Below, piece by piece: positions 52,315 through 62,353 of a stretch of 64,000 nucleotides of DNA. The notes under the pieces are model-generated. The model did no database searches. It was given only the letters and a program-made list of their open reading frames with translations, and was not told the DNA's origin. Positions within the stretch are counted from its first letter, which is position 1. Each line of letters starts with the position of its first letter. The DNA is from Acidobacteriota bacterium (GTDB taxonomy: Bacteria; Acidobacteriota; UBA890; WLXD01): positions 2,144,001-2,208,000 of the forward strand of contig CBDFKD010000002.1 in assembly GCA_965248695.1 (NCBI GenBank). The letters are read 5' to 3'. The position numbers and the translations under genes were made by a program.

Positions 52315-53879
52315 GACGCCTTGCCGGACCCGCGCACGCGTGAGGCGATGAGCGCATACTCCTGCGGCGCAGCGTACATCTCGTTGACCTGATCGATGCG
52401 CAGGTTGAGCTCCTGCACGAGCGCCAGGCTCGAAGCGTGTTCGAGGAAGCGTTCCTCGTCCACGCGCGCCACCCGGGCCACTTCCGGAACGTCGGCCTGG
52501 TAGACAATCTCCACATCCGCGAACCCGCTTCGGTGCGCCATGAACGACAGGAGCTGCGGGTGGACCGGGCGGGTGTGGGTGGGGTCGAGAACGTAGGCGC
52601 GAACGAGCGCGAACAAGCTCTCCGGGTTGATGGTCTCGACCACCAACCGTCCGCCCGGAGCAAGGCGCGACACGGCCAGGTCGGTGAGCCGTGACCAGTC
52701 CGGCGGTGGAATGTGCTCGATGACCTGTGCCAGGAAGATTCCTCCGAGCGACCCTTCCTCCCGTTGCAGCAACCAGTCGAATAGATCGGCGCACACTGCC
52801 CGCAGGCCCCGCTCCGTGCAGGATGCGACGTCGGCGGCGTTTATCTCGACGCCGAGGGCGTCGGCGCCGGCGGCTTCCAGCAACTCGAGGAACTCGCCGC
52901 GTCCACACCCCAGATCGGCAACAGGCCCGGGGACGCCTTCGAAGCGCAACACGTGCGTGCGCATCCGACGTGTGATTTCTTCCTCGTCGCCCCGGAAGCG
53001 AAGCTGAAATGCCCGGTAGTCTTCGTCAGCCATCCAAGCGCGCAAGCGCTGCCAGAGCTCGCCGTCGAGCTGCTCGGGCGCAGAGGTACCGGCGCCAGAT
53101 CGCTGCGAATCGGCGGTCGAGACTGCCTGCACCTGGTCAAGCACACGCTTGAGCTGCGTTCGAGTCTCCAGGAGCTCAGCCTCGGCGACGTTGGAGGTGC
53201 GCGACTGCAGCTGCTCGAGGATGCTGTCCTTCTCGTCGAAGCGAGCATCGATCGCCTGGGCGCGCTCGACGAAGCGAACCTCCTGAAAATGCATGCGCTC
53301 CGCGTGCTTGCCGTAGAGGTCGTCCAGCGCCCCCCGCAGCGCCCAGAGCTCCTCCTCCAGCGCGTCGAACAGCACGCTGTGGCGATCCCGCAATGCCTCG
53401 TCGTAGTTGGACAAAGCCGCGTCGAGCCGGGCCTCCAGCTGCCGTGGGTCAGGAGCGAGGTCGAAGAGCGAGTCGTGGGTAGCCACCAGTCGCTGTTCGA
53501 TCGCACTGCCCAGTTGGTTGAGGTGCCGAACCACTTCGGCGTTGAATTTTTCCTGGCGCGCCAGGTACGGGTCCAGAAAAGGCTGCACGAACGGGCGTGC
53601 GATCCGGCGCAAAAGGTTGAGCAACGGTCCGATCACCGGCACGCTCGAGCCGACGTCGATCGGGTCGGTGATCACCGCCAGAGCATTGGCCTCCTCCAGG
53701 TGCTCCGAGTGAGCGACGCTGGATTCGAAGGCCTGCGGCGGTATCTCGGGCGCCGCCAGCTCGGGGCGAGGCGCGGGCGAGGTGTCGGCGGCGATCCGCG
53801 GCGGAGACGAGGCCTTGAGCTCTTCCCGGATCTGATCTCGCACCTGCTCGAGTCTTCGTGCGATCTCGTTCTGGTCCAT
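52311..53879 (-). CDS. Class I SAM-dependent methyltransferase with long N-terminal coiled coil
   Basis: RFRG, DLGCGRGEFL, QVIEH, ETINP and DPTH.RPVHP motifs. Confidence 0.88.
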   Translation of the reverse strand: MDQNEIARRLEQVRDQIREELKASSPPRIAADTSPAPRPELAAPEIPPQAFESSVAHSEHLEEANALAVITDPIDVGSSVPVIGPLLNLLRRIARPFVQPFLDPYLARQEKFNAEVVRHLNQLGSAIEQRLVATHDSLFDLAPDPRQLEARLDAALSNYDEALRDRHSVLFDALEEELWALRGALDDLYGKHAERMHFQEVRFVERAQAIDARFDEKDSILEQLQSRTSNVAEAELLETRTQLKRVLDQVQAVSTADSQRSGAGTSAPEQLDGELWQRLRAWMADEDYRAFQLRFRGDEEEITRRMRTHVLRFEGVPGPVADLGCGRGEFLELLEAAGADALGVEINAADVASCTERGLRAVCADLFDWLLQREEGSLGGIFLAQVIEHIPPPDWSRLTDLAVSRLAPGGRLVVETINPESLFALVRAYVLDPTHTRPVHPQLLSFMAHRSGFADVEIVYQADVPEVARVARVDEERFLEHASSLALVQELNLRIDQVNEMYAAPQEYALIASRVRGSGKAS

Positions 53880-53921
53880 GGCGTGCCCCAGGCCGGACGC
53901 TAAGCGCGCGGCGAGTCGAGC

Positions 53922-55226
53922 CTATCGGCCGACCGAAGTGTAGTCGAACTCCAACTCGCGCATCGTGGCGGGCGCGTAGACGTTCCGGAGATCGACGACC
54001 ACCGGAGCCCGCATGCTGGCACGCATGCGTCCCAGGTCGAGGTTACGGAACTGATTCCACTCCGTGGCGATCACCACGGCGTCGACGTCCGCGCAGGCAT
54101 CGTAGGCATCGTTGCAGTAGGTGACGCGATCTCCCAGCAGCGCTCGCGCAGTGTCCATCGCTGCCGGATCGAACGCCTGGATCCGCGCGCCTTCCGCCAG
54201 AAGCCCTTCGGCAATGGCGACGGCGGGACTTTCGCGTGTGTCATCCGTGTTCGGCTTGAAGGCAAGCCCGAGCAGGCCGACGGTCATGCCGTCGAGGGTG
54301 CCACCAACGGCAGCGCGAATCTTGTCGATCATCAACTCACGCTGCCGGGCATTGGCGGCCAGCGCGGCGCGACCGACCAAGAAGTCGTATCCGACCTCTT
54401 CTGCCGTGGCAACGAGCGCGCTGACGTCCTTGGGAAAGCACGAACCGCCGAAGCCGGGACCAGGATGCAGGAACTTCGCCGAGATCCGACCGTCGAGCCC
54501 CATCGACCGCGCCACGACATGAACGTCGGCGCCCAATTGCTCGCACAGGTTGGCGATCTCGTTGATGTAGCTGATCTTGACGGCAAGAAAGGCGTTGGAT
54601 GCGTACTTGATCATCTCCGCCGTCGGCACCGACGTAATCACGATCGGCGTTTCTATCAGGTAGAGCGGCCTGTAGAGCCCTTCCATCATCTGCGCAGCAC
54701 GCTGCGAGTCCACCCCGATGACGATGCGGTTCGGTCGCATGAAGTCCTCGATGGCTGACCCTTCGCGCAGGAACTCGGGGTTGCTGGCGACGTCGAACTC
54801 GGCGTCGGCGCCGGCATGTTCGCGGATGCGTTCCCGGATCCGATCACCCGTCCGCGGGGGCACGGTGCTCTTCGTCGCGATCACCTTGTAGCGATCGAGG
54901 TTGCGGCCAATCTCGTCGGCCACAGCATCGACATAGCTCAGATCGGTCCTACCGTCGGCAAGCGCCGGTGTGCCTACGGCGATGAACACGACATCGGCGG
55001 AGCGAATCGCGGCGCCGACATCGGTGGTGAACTGCAGTCGTCCGGCAGCAACGTTCTGAACCATCTTCTCGGCCAACCCCGGCTCGTAGAACGGCACGCT
55101 ACCTGCCGATAGCGTGGCGATCTTCGCCGCATCGATATCACAGCAAGTGACCTCGAGGCCGAAATCAGCAAAACAAGTGCCCGACACCAGGCCGACGTAC
55201 CCGGTGCCGATCATGGTGATGTTCAT
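53922..55226 (-). CDS. ugd: UDP-glucose 6-dehydrogenase
   Basis: GTGYVG, KSTVP, NPEFLREG, GFGGSCFPKD and FKPNTDD.RES motifs. Confidence 0.97.
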   Translation of the reverse strand: MNITMIGTGYVGLVSGTCFADFGLEVTCCDIDAAKIATLSAGSVPFYEPGLAEKMVQNVAAGRLQFTTDVGAAIRSADVVFIAVGTPALADGRTDLSYVDAVADEIGRNLDRYKVIATKSTVPPRTGDRIRERIREHAGADAEFDVASNPEFLREGSAIEDFMRPNRIVIGVDSQRAAQMMEGLYRPLYLIETPIVITSVPTAEMIKYASNAFLAVKISYINEIANLCEQLGADVHVVARSMGLDGRISAKFLHPGPGFGGSCFPKDVSALVATAEEVGYDFLVGRAALAANARQRELMIDKIRAAVGGTLDGMTVGLLGLAFKPNTDDTRESPAVAIAEGLLAEGARIQAFDPAAMDTARALLGDRVTYCNDAYDACADVDAVVIATEWNQFRNLDLGRMRASMRAPVVVDLRNVYAPATMRELEFDYTSVGR

Positions 55227-55445
55227 GGGGACCCTCGGCGCGCCTCACGCCTGATCGTGGCCGCATTGGCGCGAGCCGGTAGCTAGCTGGTTTCGTCAGA
55301 GCTGTTCGGTGGCGGTCTACACGCCTACTGAGCTTCTCGGTACAACGCGCGGGCGTCGTCGATCTGCGACGAAAGACATCGTGCCGAGCAGACGTGCCAG
55401 GAGAGAGAGAGGATATCCCAACATCGCCGTGAGCGGCGTGCCGCC

Positions 55446-56720
55446 TCAGTGGCCGGCGCCGGCCACCGCGCGCCCAACCGCACTGACATAGCTAGCGGCC
55501 ATGGCCTCGGGCGTGATCGTCCTCATGGCCCATCGCCGTGCCACCTTTGACGCGTGGCTCCGCGCCGCGGGCTCGGTCAGCAACTCCAGGAGCGCAGCTC
55601 GCAAGGCGGCCGCTTCCTGGCCTGCAGGCCCCGTTGGCACACGTCGAACGGCGCCGTCGGGAATGCCGCGCAGATGGATCAGATCGTGAATCACCATCGG
55701 TGTGCCGAGCTGCAACAGCTGCTGCTGCGTTCCGGACGATGCCCGTGCGGTCGGGTAGCGGAGGTTGACCGCGATGTCTGTCGCACGCATCAAGGCCCCG
55801 AAATCGAGGTCGCTGACGCGCCCGGTCCAGCGTAGCCGTCGCCCGAGGCGACGTGCCGCTGGGAGCTGCGCAAGCTCAGCGTCGGCGGCGCCGACTGCCA
55901 CGAAGACAAACGCGTGATCATCGGCGAGCTCCGCCAGCACATCGAGAATCATCGCCACGCGGTGCTCGGATCCCATGTAGCCGAACGTACCTACCAAGGG
56001 CACGTCGCCCGCCACACCGAGGTCGGTCTTCCAGGACGTCACCAACTCGGCCGGCGGGTCCGGTACGGGCAACCAGTGCACCACCGACTCGATCCGTGCG
56101 TCGTTCATCTGGGCGCGCAGATAGCGCGCCAGTAGTTCGCCGTGCACCACCGTCAGGCGGCTGGCGCCCACGAGGTCCTCGCACATCGGGAAACTCCAGT
56201 AGAGCGCCGGCGTACCGAAGCCGGCGACCGCAAGGCGGCCGACGTCGCCGGCGACATCGGGACGTCCATCAAGCAGCGCCTGGCGGTAGCCATCGAGATC
56301 ATGCGTGCGCAGGTGGTGTGCGACGCGCGACGGGTGCAGCACCGCATCGTGCAGCACCAACAATCCAGGGTGGCGCTTGATCAGCGGCGTCGTGGAGTGA
56401 TGCGCCTCGCTGTTGCCGACGTGATAGATCGCGAGATCGTATGGCCGCATCGCTTGGCGTCGCGGGAACTGCTCCTCGGGAAGAACGCGCTGGCGACGGC
56501 CGGTCCATCTTGCAGTGCGTAGGCGCTCCGGGGCAAAGACGTCGATCTCCCAGTGGGCCGGAAGCACGCTCAGCAGGCCCGCGACATAGTCGGCGATACC
56601 GGTCGGTGCCGGCGGCATGGGCGAGAACATGGCGAGCCGCAGCGAACGGTCGGCGACCGGCGTGGACGCGTCTTCCACACCGGTAGCAGTGGCTCGTGCT
56701 GCTGGCGCCTTCGAGCTCAC
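55446..56720 (-). CDS. GT-B glycosyltransferase-like protein
   Basis: FSPMPP..TGIADY, YHVGNS.AH, LHD.VLH and VNLRYPT motifs; start overlaps the uvrA stop. Confidence 0.8.
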   Translation of the reverse strand: MSSKAPAARATATGVEDASTPVADRSLRLAMFSPMPPAPTGIADYVAGLLSVLPAHWEIDVFAPERLRTARWTGRRQRVLPEEQFPRRQAMRPYDLAIYHVGNSEAHHSTTPLIKRHPGLLVLHDAVLHPSRVAHHLRTHDLDGYRQALLDGRPDVAGDVGRLAVAGFGTPALYWSFPMCEDLVGASRLTVVHGELLARYLRAQMNDARIESVVHWLPVPDPPAELVTSWKTDLGVAGDVPLVGTFGYMGSEHRVAMILDVLAELADDHAFVFVAVGAADAELAQLPAARRLGRRLRWTGRVSDLDFGALMRATDIAVNLRYPTARASSGTQQQLLQLGTPMVIHDLIHLRGIPDGAVRRVPTGPAGQEAAALRAALLELLTEPAARSHASKVARRWAMRTITPEAMAASYVSAVGRAVAGAGH

Positions 56721-59569
56721 CCGGCTTTCACCGGAGCGCGCTGAAGGACGCTGGCAAGATAGTGGCCGGTTGGTGAGCCGTCGACTCGGGCGACGTCCTC
56801 CGGGGTCCCGGATGCCACCACTCGGCCACCGCCGTCGCCCCCTTCAGGGCCTAGGTCGATGACCCAGTCGGCGTACTTGACGACCTCGAGATTGTGCTCC
56901 ACCACCACCACGGTATTGCCCTGGTCGACGAGGGCATCGAGGACGTGCAGCAGCCGCCGCACGTCGTCGAAGTGGAGGCCGGTGGTGGGCTCGTCGAGCA
57001 GATACAGAGTCGAGCCGGTGGCGCGACGCGACAGCTCTTTGGCGAGCTTGAGTCGTTGCGCTTCCCCTCCGGAGATGGTCGTCGCCGGTTGCCCGAGGCG
57101 CAGATATCCGAGCCCGACTTCCTGCAGCGCCACGAGCTTCTGAGCAATCGTGGGGACGGCGCCGAACTCCTCGGCGGCCTGGTCGATGGTCATCCCGAGG
57201 ACCTCGGCGATATCGTGGCCGCGGTATTTGACCTCCAGCGTCTCGGGGTTATAGCGCCGCCCTGCACAATCGTCGCACACCGTGTAGACGTCGGGGAGAA
57301 AGTGCATCTCGATCTTCTGCAGGCCGGCTCCGCGGCAACCCTCGCACCGCCCGCCGGCGACATTGAACGAGTACCTCCCGGGGCCGAAGCCTCGCACCTT
57401 GCTCTCCGGCAGCGAGGCGAACAGCTGCCGTATCGGTGTGAACGCACCCGAGTACGTCGCCGGGTTGGAGCGTGGCGTGCGCCCGATCGGGTCCTGCGTA
57501 ACATCGATGACCTTGTCGATCGCTTCGATCCCGTCGATCCGGTCATGCGCACCCGGACGCGCCGAGGCACCGTTGAGGTGGTGTGCCAGAGCACGGTAGA
57601 GCGTCTCTTCTACCAGACTGCTCTTCCCCGAGCCGGAGACGCCGGCAACCACGACGAAGCAACCGAGCGGCAACTCGACGTCGACGTTCTGCAGGTTTCG
57701 GTGGCGAGCCCCACGCACGATCAGCCAGCTCGGACCGCCGTCGGCGCGCGGCAAAGGGCGACGCCGGCGCTGGGGAATCTCGATACAGCGGCGACCGGAA
57801 AGGTAGGCACCGGTAGATGATTGCGGATGGTCTGCTACGTCCCCGGGCGGCCCCTCTGCTACCAGGTAGCCGCCGTGCTCACCGGCGCCGGGTCCCAGAT
57901 CGACCACCCAGTCGGCCGAGCGGATGGTCTCCTCATCGTGCTCCACAACGATGACGGTGTTGCCGAGATCCCGAATCGCCTCGAGCGCTTCGATCAACTG
58001 GCGGTTGTCGCGCGCGTGCAAGCCGATGCTCGGCTCGTCGAGTACGTACAGAACGCCGCGCAATCGGGTACCGATCTGGGTCGCCAGCCGGATCCGCTGG
58101 CTCTCGCCACCTGCAAGACTGCGCGCCGGGCGGTCGAGGCTGATGTAGCCCAGGCCGACCTGGCGCAGGAACCCGAGCCGTTCGCCCACTTCCTTCAAGA
58201 TCGGGTCGGCGATCGGGCGCAGGCGTTTGCGAACCTTGATCTGGCCGATAGCGCCTTCTGCTTCGGCGATGGTTAGCGCCGCCAGCCCGGCAATTGACAT
58301 CCCGCCGACCCGCACCGACAGGCTCTCGGGTCGCAGGCGCGTACCGGCGCACGAACCACATACGCCCTCATGGAGATACGGCTCCAGACGCTTCAGGACA
58401 CGGGTGGATTCGGCCGCCTGAAGGGCGCGCTGCAGCCACGGCACCACGCCCCGGAAGCCGCGCGCGAGGCTCTTGTCGAGGTAGTCGCCCTTGAGCTTGA
58501 ACTTGATCAGCTTGCCGTCCCGGCCGTACATCACGAGCTCGCGGAATCTCTGTGGCAGGCGCCGCCATGGCTTGCGGATATCGACTTTCTCCTGGCGCGC
58601 CAGTGCCCGCAGGAAAGCCCGCGGGTAGGCGTCGCCTCGCCATGGAGCGATCGCCTCGTCGAGGAGCCCGAGGTCGACGTCGGGTACGATACGGGCCGGA
58701 TCAAAACGCCGATCCGTTCCCAGGCCATCGCACACCTGACATGCACCGCGGGGGCTATTGAAGGAAAAAGAGCGCGGCTCGAGATCCGGGAGGCTGATCC
58801 CGCAACGAGGGCACGAGAGCTTGTTCGAGAACAGCTGATCCCCCTCTCCGACGACGTTGATGATCACCACGCCGTCGCCGAGCTGTAGCGCGGTATCGAT
58901 GGCCGCGTGCAGTCGATCCCGCACCTTGGAGCGCAACACCAGACGATCGACCACGACTTCGATGTCGTGGAGCTTGTTGCGCTCTAGCCTGATGGGCTCC
59001 GCGCCGAGCTCCCGAATGCGACCATCGATCCGGGCCCGGGCGTAGCCGCTGGTGGCAAGCCGCGCGAGCTCGGCACGATACTCCCCCTTGCGGCCGCGAA
59101 CGATTGGCCCCATGACTTGCAGCTTCGCCCCCTCGGGCAGCGCCATTACGCGCTCGACGATCTGTCGCCCGGACTGCGAGGCGACCGGTCGATCGCACCG
59201 CGGACAGTGCGGTGTTCCGGCGCGCGCATACAGCAGGCGGAGAAAATCGTAGATCTCGGTAACCGTACCGACCGTCGAGCGCGGATTCCGGCTCGTCGTC
59301 TTCTGATCGATAGCTATGGACGGCGACAGGCCCTCGACGAGATCGACATCGGGCCGCTCCATCTGCTCCAGAAACTGCCGTGCATAGGCCGAGAGCGACT
59401 CTACGTAGCGTCGCTGGCCCTCGGCGTAGAGCGTATCGAAGGCCAATGATGACTTGCCCGAACCCGAGGGTCCGGTGACCACGATCATCGAATAACGCGG
59501 CAAGTCGAGATCGAGACCTTTGAGATTGTGCTGCCTCGCGCCGCGTATCTTGATGCGATCAATCCCCAC
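56717..59569 (-). CDS. uvrA: Excinuclease ABC subunit A
   Basis: Two ABC domains (GPSGSGKSS, GVSGSGKSS), zinc fingers, LDEPSIGLH and LDEPTTGLH. Confidence 0.98.
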   Translation of the reverse strand: MGIDRIKIRGARQHNLKGLDLDLPRYSMIVVTGPSGSGKSSLAFDTLYAEGQRRYVESLSAYARQFLEQMERPDVDLVEGLSPSIAIDQKTTSRNPRSTVGTVTEIYDFLRLLYARAGTPHCPRCDRPVASQSGRQIVERVMALPEGAKLQVMGPIVRGRKGEYRAELARLATSGYARARIDGRIRELGAEPIRLERNKLHDIEVVVDRLVLRSKVRDRLHAAIDTALQLGDGVVIINVVGEGDQLFSNKLSCPRCGISLPDLEPRSFSFNSPRGACQVCDGLGTDRRFDPARIVPDVDLGLLDEAIAPWRGDAYPRAFLRALARQEKVDIRKPWRRLPQRFRELVMYGRDGKLIKFKLKGDYLDKSLARGFRGVVPWLQRALQAAESTRVLKRLEPYLHEGVCGSCAGTRLRPESLSVRVGGMSIAGLAALTIAEAEGAIGQIKVRKRLRPIADPILKEVGERLGFLRQVGLGYISLDRPARSLAGGESQRIRLATQIGTRLRGVLYVLDEPSIGLHARDNRQLIEALEAIRDLGNTVIVVEHDEETIRSADWVVDLGPGAGEHGGYLVAEGPPGDVADHPQSSTGAYLSGRRCIEIPQRRRRPLPRADGGPSWLIVRGARHRNLQNVDVELPLGCFVVVAGVSGSGKSSLVEETLYRALAHHLNGASARPGAHDRIDGIEAIDKVIDVTQDPIGRTPRSNPATYSGAFTPIRQLFASLPESKVRGFGPGRYSFNVAGGRCEGCRGAGLQKIEMHFLPDVYTVCDDCAGRRYNPETLEVKYRGHDIAEVLGMTIDQAAEEFGAVPTIAQKLVALQEVGLGYLRLGQPATTISGGEAQRLKLAKELSRRATGSTLYLLDEPTTGLHFDDVRRLLHVLDALVDQGNTVVVVEHNLEVVKYADWVIDLGPEGGDGGGRVVASGTPEDVARVDGSPTGHYLASVLQRAPVKAG

Positions 59570-59752
59570 TAGATCGTGCCTTATCTAACTGTATCGTTCT
59601 GTATCTGCCGGAATCGAGTAGCCATGGACCGCAGTGGAACCTCGAGAGGCTAACATCCATGCTCGCCGTGCCCGGTCCCCCGTTTAGCTCAGCGCTCCCG
59701 AGACGGACGATTCTCGGCAGGAGCCCAGCTGATCAAATCTAGCAAAGTCGCC

Positions 59753-60682
59753 ATGCAGTCGAAAGCGAGCGCTGGAGCCGGGAACGACATCCAGCCGGGG
59801 ACGCTGTATGTGGTGGCGACGCCCATCGGCAATCTCGGAGACCTGACGCGCCGGGCCGAGCATGTGCTCGCCGGGGCGGACTCCGTGTTGGCGGAGGACA
59901 CTCGGAGGACACGGCGGCTACTGTCGCATCTCGGCATCTCGTCGCGACTCGAGGCCCACCACGAGCACAACGAGGTGCGGGTGGTTCCCCGCCTGATCGA
60001 ACGGCTCCGCAGTGGGGCAGCGCTGGCGCTGGTCAGCGACGCTGGAACCCCCGGCGTTGCCGATCCCGGATACAGGCTGGTTCGCGCCGCAATCGACGAC
60101 GGAATACCGATCGTTCCGGTACCCGGGGCCAGCGCCGTGCTTGCGGCCCTGGTCGGGTCGGGACTGCCGATGGACAGGTTCACCTTCGCTGGTTATCCGC
60201 CCCGCAAGGACGGCGAGCGCCGGCGCTTCCTGCGTCAGCTCGCCGACGCTCCCGGCACATTGGTGCTTCTGGAGTCACCTCGGAGGCTCGCCGCCACGTT
60301 GACGGCGGCGGCGGAAATCCTGGGAGCTCGAAGGGCGGCGCTAGGCAGGGAGCTCACGAAGGTACACGAGGAGTTTCGTCGCGCCTCGCTCGACGAGCTT
60401 GCCGCCACCCTGGAGCCCGAGGTTCGCGGCGAGATCACGCTGTGCATCGCCGCCGCGGAGGCCGTCGATCGGCCGGCACCGAGCGCTTCCGAGCTGCGAC
60501 AAAGGTACGACGACAAGTTGCGCGCCGGCACCGAGCGCGGCGAAGCGCGGCGTCAACTGGTAGCCGAGTCCGGCCTGCGTCGCCGCGACGTCTACGGCGC
60601 ATTACACTTGCAGCCGGCTGAGACCGTCGACGAGGACTGCGCGTCGGCGAACGACAATCCCGACTCCGGAGCCGCAGAATGA
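59753..60682 (+). CDS. rsmI: 16S rRNA C1402 2'-O-methyltransferase
   Basis: LYVVATPIGNL.D, AEDTR, SDAGTP..ADPG and RELTK.HEE motifs. Confidence 0.96.
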   Translation: MQSKASAGAGNDIQPGTLYVVATPIGNLGDLTRRAEHVLAGADSVLAEDTRRTRRLLSHLGISSRLEAHHEHNEVRVVPRLIERLRSGAALALVSDAGTPGVADPGYRLVRAAIDDGIPIVPVPGASAVLAALVGSGLPMDRFTFAGYPPRKDGERRRFLRQLADAPGTLVLLESPRRLAATLTAAAEILGARRAALGRELTKVHEEFRRASLDELAATLEPEVRGEITLCIAAAEAVDRPAPSASELRQRYDDKLRAGTERGEARRQLVAESGLRRRDVYGALHLQPAETVDEDCASANDNPDSGAAE

Positions 60683-61110
60683 ATCGCCTGCTGAGCATCG
60701 TCACCATCGTCCTCGCCACGACAGCCTGCAGCCCGCCCTCCGGCGAGGAGCTCGTTCAGCAGGTCATGCAGCAGCGCAACAGGTACGACGCCACGCCGCA
60801 GTCGTGGATCGTGCGCCCGGACGGGACGATCTACCTCGAGGTGCTGGTGGTCAACAACAACCTCGAGGGCGGCCTGCGGACACTCACTGTCCTGGTCGAG
60901 CAGATCGACACCGACGAGACGGTGCTCAAGAGTGAGCGCGTCCCGATAAACGTCGTGTCCCTCACCGCCGGCCTCGGCAAGAACCTCGGTGTAACCGTCA
61001 TGGCTGTGAAGCCTGACGTGGAGTACGTTCGCCTGATTGTCGAGGTCGCACCCGAGTCCGACAGCTGGCCCGAGTTCCCCGAGTTCAACGCGGTGCGTCC
61101 GCGCACCTAG
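60679..61110 (+). CDS. Hypothetical lipoprotein
   Basis: MNR plus hydrophobic stretch and TTAC lipobox; ATGA overlap with rsmI. Confidence 0.65.
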   Translation: MNRLLSIVTIVLATTACSPPSGEELVQQVMQQRNRYDATPQSWIVRPDGTIYLEVLVVNNNLEGGLRTLTVLVEQIDTDETVLKSERVPINVVSLTAGLGKNLGVTVMAVKPDVEYVRLIVEVAPESDSWPEFPEFNAVRPRT

Positions 61111-61117
61111 CGCTGGA

Positions 61118-62236
61118 TCAAGCGAACAGCTGGCGGTGGCCCTCCAGGATCCTCGCCTTCGCGGCTGGGTCAGGCTCCAGCGTCTCCACGCCGCGCTCAT
61201 GTGTTCCGCCGAGCAGGACGCCGTCGGAGCGCGGGAACATGTAAAGATGGCCCTTGATGACGATGTAGTCGACCTCCGGCTGCGGCAGGAGCACGGTGAG
61301 TTGGCCTTTGATCGGTAGCAGCTCGGAATCGCCGAACAGCTCACGAGCACCGAGACCGGAGCAGTTGAACAGCAGGCGCTGCGGCAGGCCCGATAGCTCG
61401 GACGCGTCGCCGAACTCGCGCACCAGGATTCGGCCTCCCGCCTGCTGGAAGTCGCGCGTCAGAGCGTCCAGATAGGTCGGCATTTCCACCAGCATCGTGG
61501 TGAATCGGTAGGCGTGTTGCGTACCGAACGGATGCTCATCAGGCTCCAGCACACGCATGTCGGGATAGAGGTCGTCGAGGGCGCCACGATCGGTCGACTG
61601 CGGCGAATCGCTGGCGACGTAGTTGTCGATCCAACGCACGGCGTAGCGATTGCCGACCATGTTCTGGAAGTATCGATGCGATAGGCGTGCTGCCTGCTCA
61701 AACTGGCTGTCGAAAGCGGCCGTCGTCGCGCCACGGTCAAAAACGCTTGCCGGCGACCATTGCCCGCCGGCGATGTTCGACGTCGTGTGCGGCGGAACGT
61801 CGCGGGCGTAGATGGTCACCCCCCACCCACGGCGCTGCATGATCCTGGCGGTGGCGAGACCGACCGCCCCGCATCCGATCACCGCACACTGGCGGGCATC
61901 GACCGCGGCGGCGAGATCGGCGGCCTGGTGTGCCGTTCCCCACGAGAGCGTGATACCTCCGCCGCCGTGCCCGTAGTTGTGGATCACTACCGTGTCGTCG
62001 CGTCGCTCCACCGCGACGCGGAATCCCGACGGGCGAAAGGGGCGCAGGCCGACAACCGTTCGTATCTCGCGGCGCGGGTCGACCTTGACGGCCGCAAGGC
62101 TACGCGGGTGCGCTCGGCTCCACGGCGGCCTTGTAGCAACAGGCGCCGCCGTGCCGCCGCGGCCCCCGCACCCCGTGCCCAGGCCAGCGAGCGCCGCTGC
62201 GCCTCCGAGTTGCTTCAGTAGCGCGCGACGATCCAT
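61118..62236 (-). CDS. Tat-exported D-amino acid oxidase family flavoprotein, circularly permuted
   Basis: DRRALLK twin-arginine signal; GLRP, HNYGHGG.G..LSWG, VIGCGAVG, TTSNIAGG, NCSGLGA and PIKGQ motifs. Confidence 0.88.
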   Translation of the reverse strand: MDRRALLKQLGGAAALAGLGTGCGGRGGTAAPVATRPPWSRAHPRSLAAVKVDPRREIRTVVGLRPFRPSGFRVAVERRDDTVVIHNYGHGGGGITLSWGTAHQAADLAAAVDARQCAVIGCGAVGLATARIMQRRGWGVTIYARDVPPHTTSNIAGGQWSPASVFDRGATTAAFDSQFEQAARLSHRYFQNMVGNRYAVRWIDNYVASDSPQSTDRGALDDLYPDMRVLEPDEHPFGTQHAYRFTTMLVEMPTYLDALTRDFQQAGGRILVREFGDASELSGLPQRLLFNCSGLGARELFGDSELLPIKGQLTVLLPQPEVDYIVIKGHLYMFPRSDGVLLGGTHERGVETLEPDPAAKARILEGHRQLFA

Positions 62237-62353
62237 GGCCCTCGATGCGTTCGTGAGCACACGCCCGTAGGGGCACGCTCCAGGCGTCGCTGGCTTCAGC
62301 TCGCTCGGCAGTGCTAACAGCAGCGAGGGTACCGCACCGTACTGCCTGGGTGC

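Noticed and set aside
51259-52908. 549-aa glycosyltransferase call
   Set aside because: The first ~200 aa overlap the methyltransferase in another frame; the likely start is GTG 52314.
55227-55445. Possible ncRNA or small ORF between the glycosyltransferase and ugd
   Set aside because: No recognisable RNA family motif; the ~35-codon minus-strand ORF has no RBS or other support.
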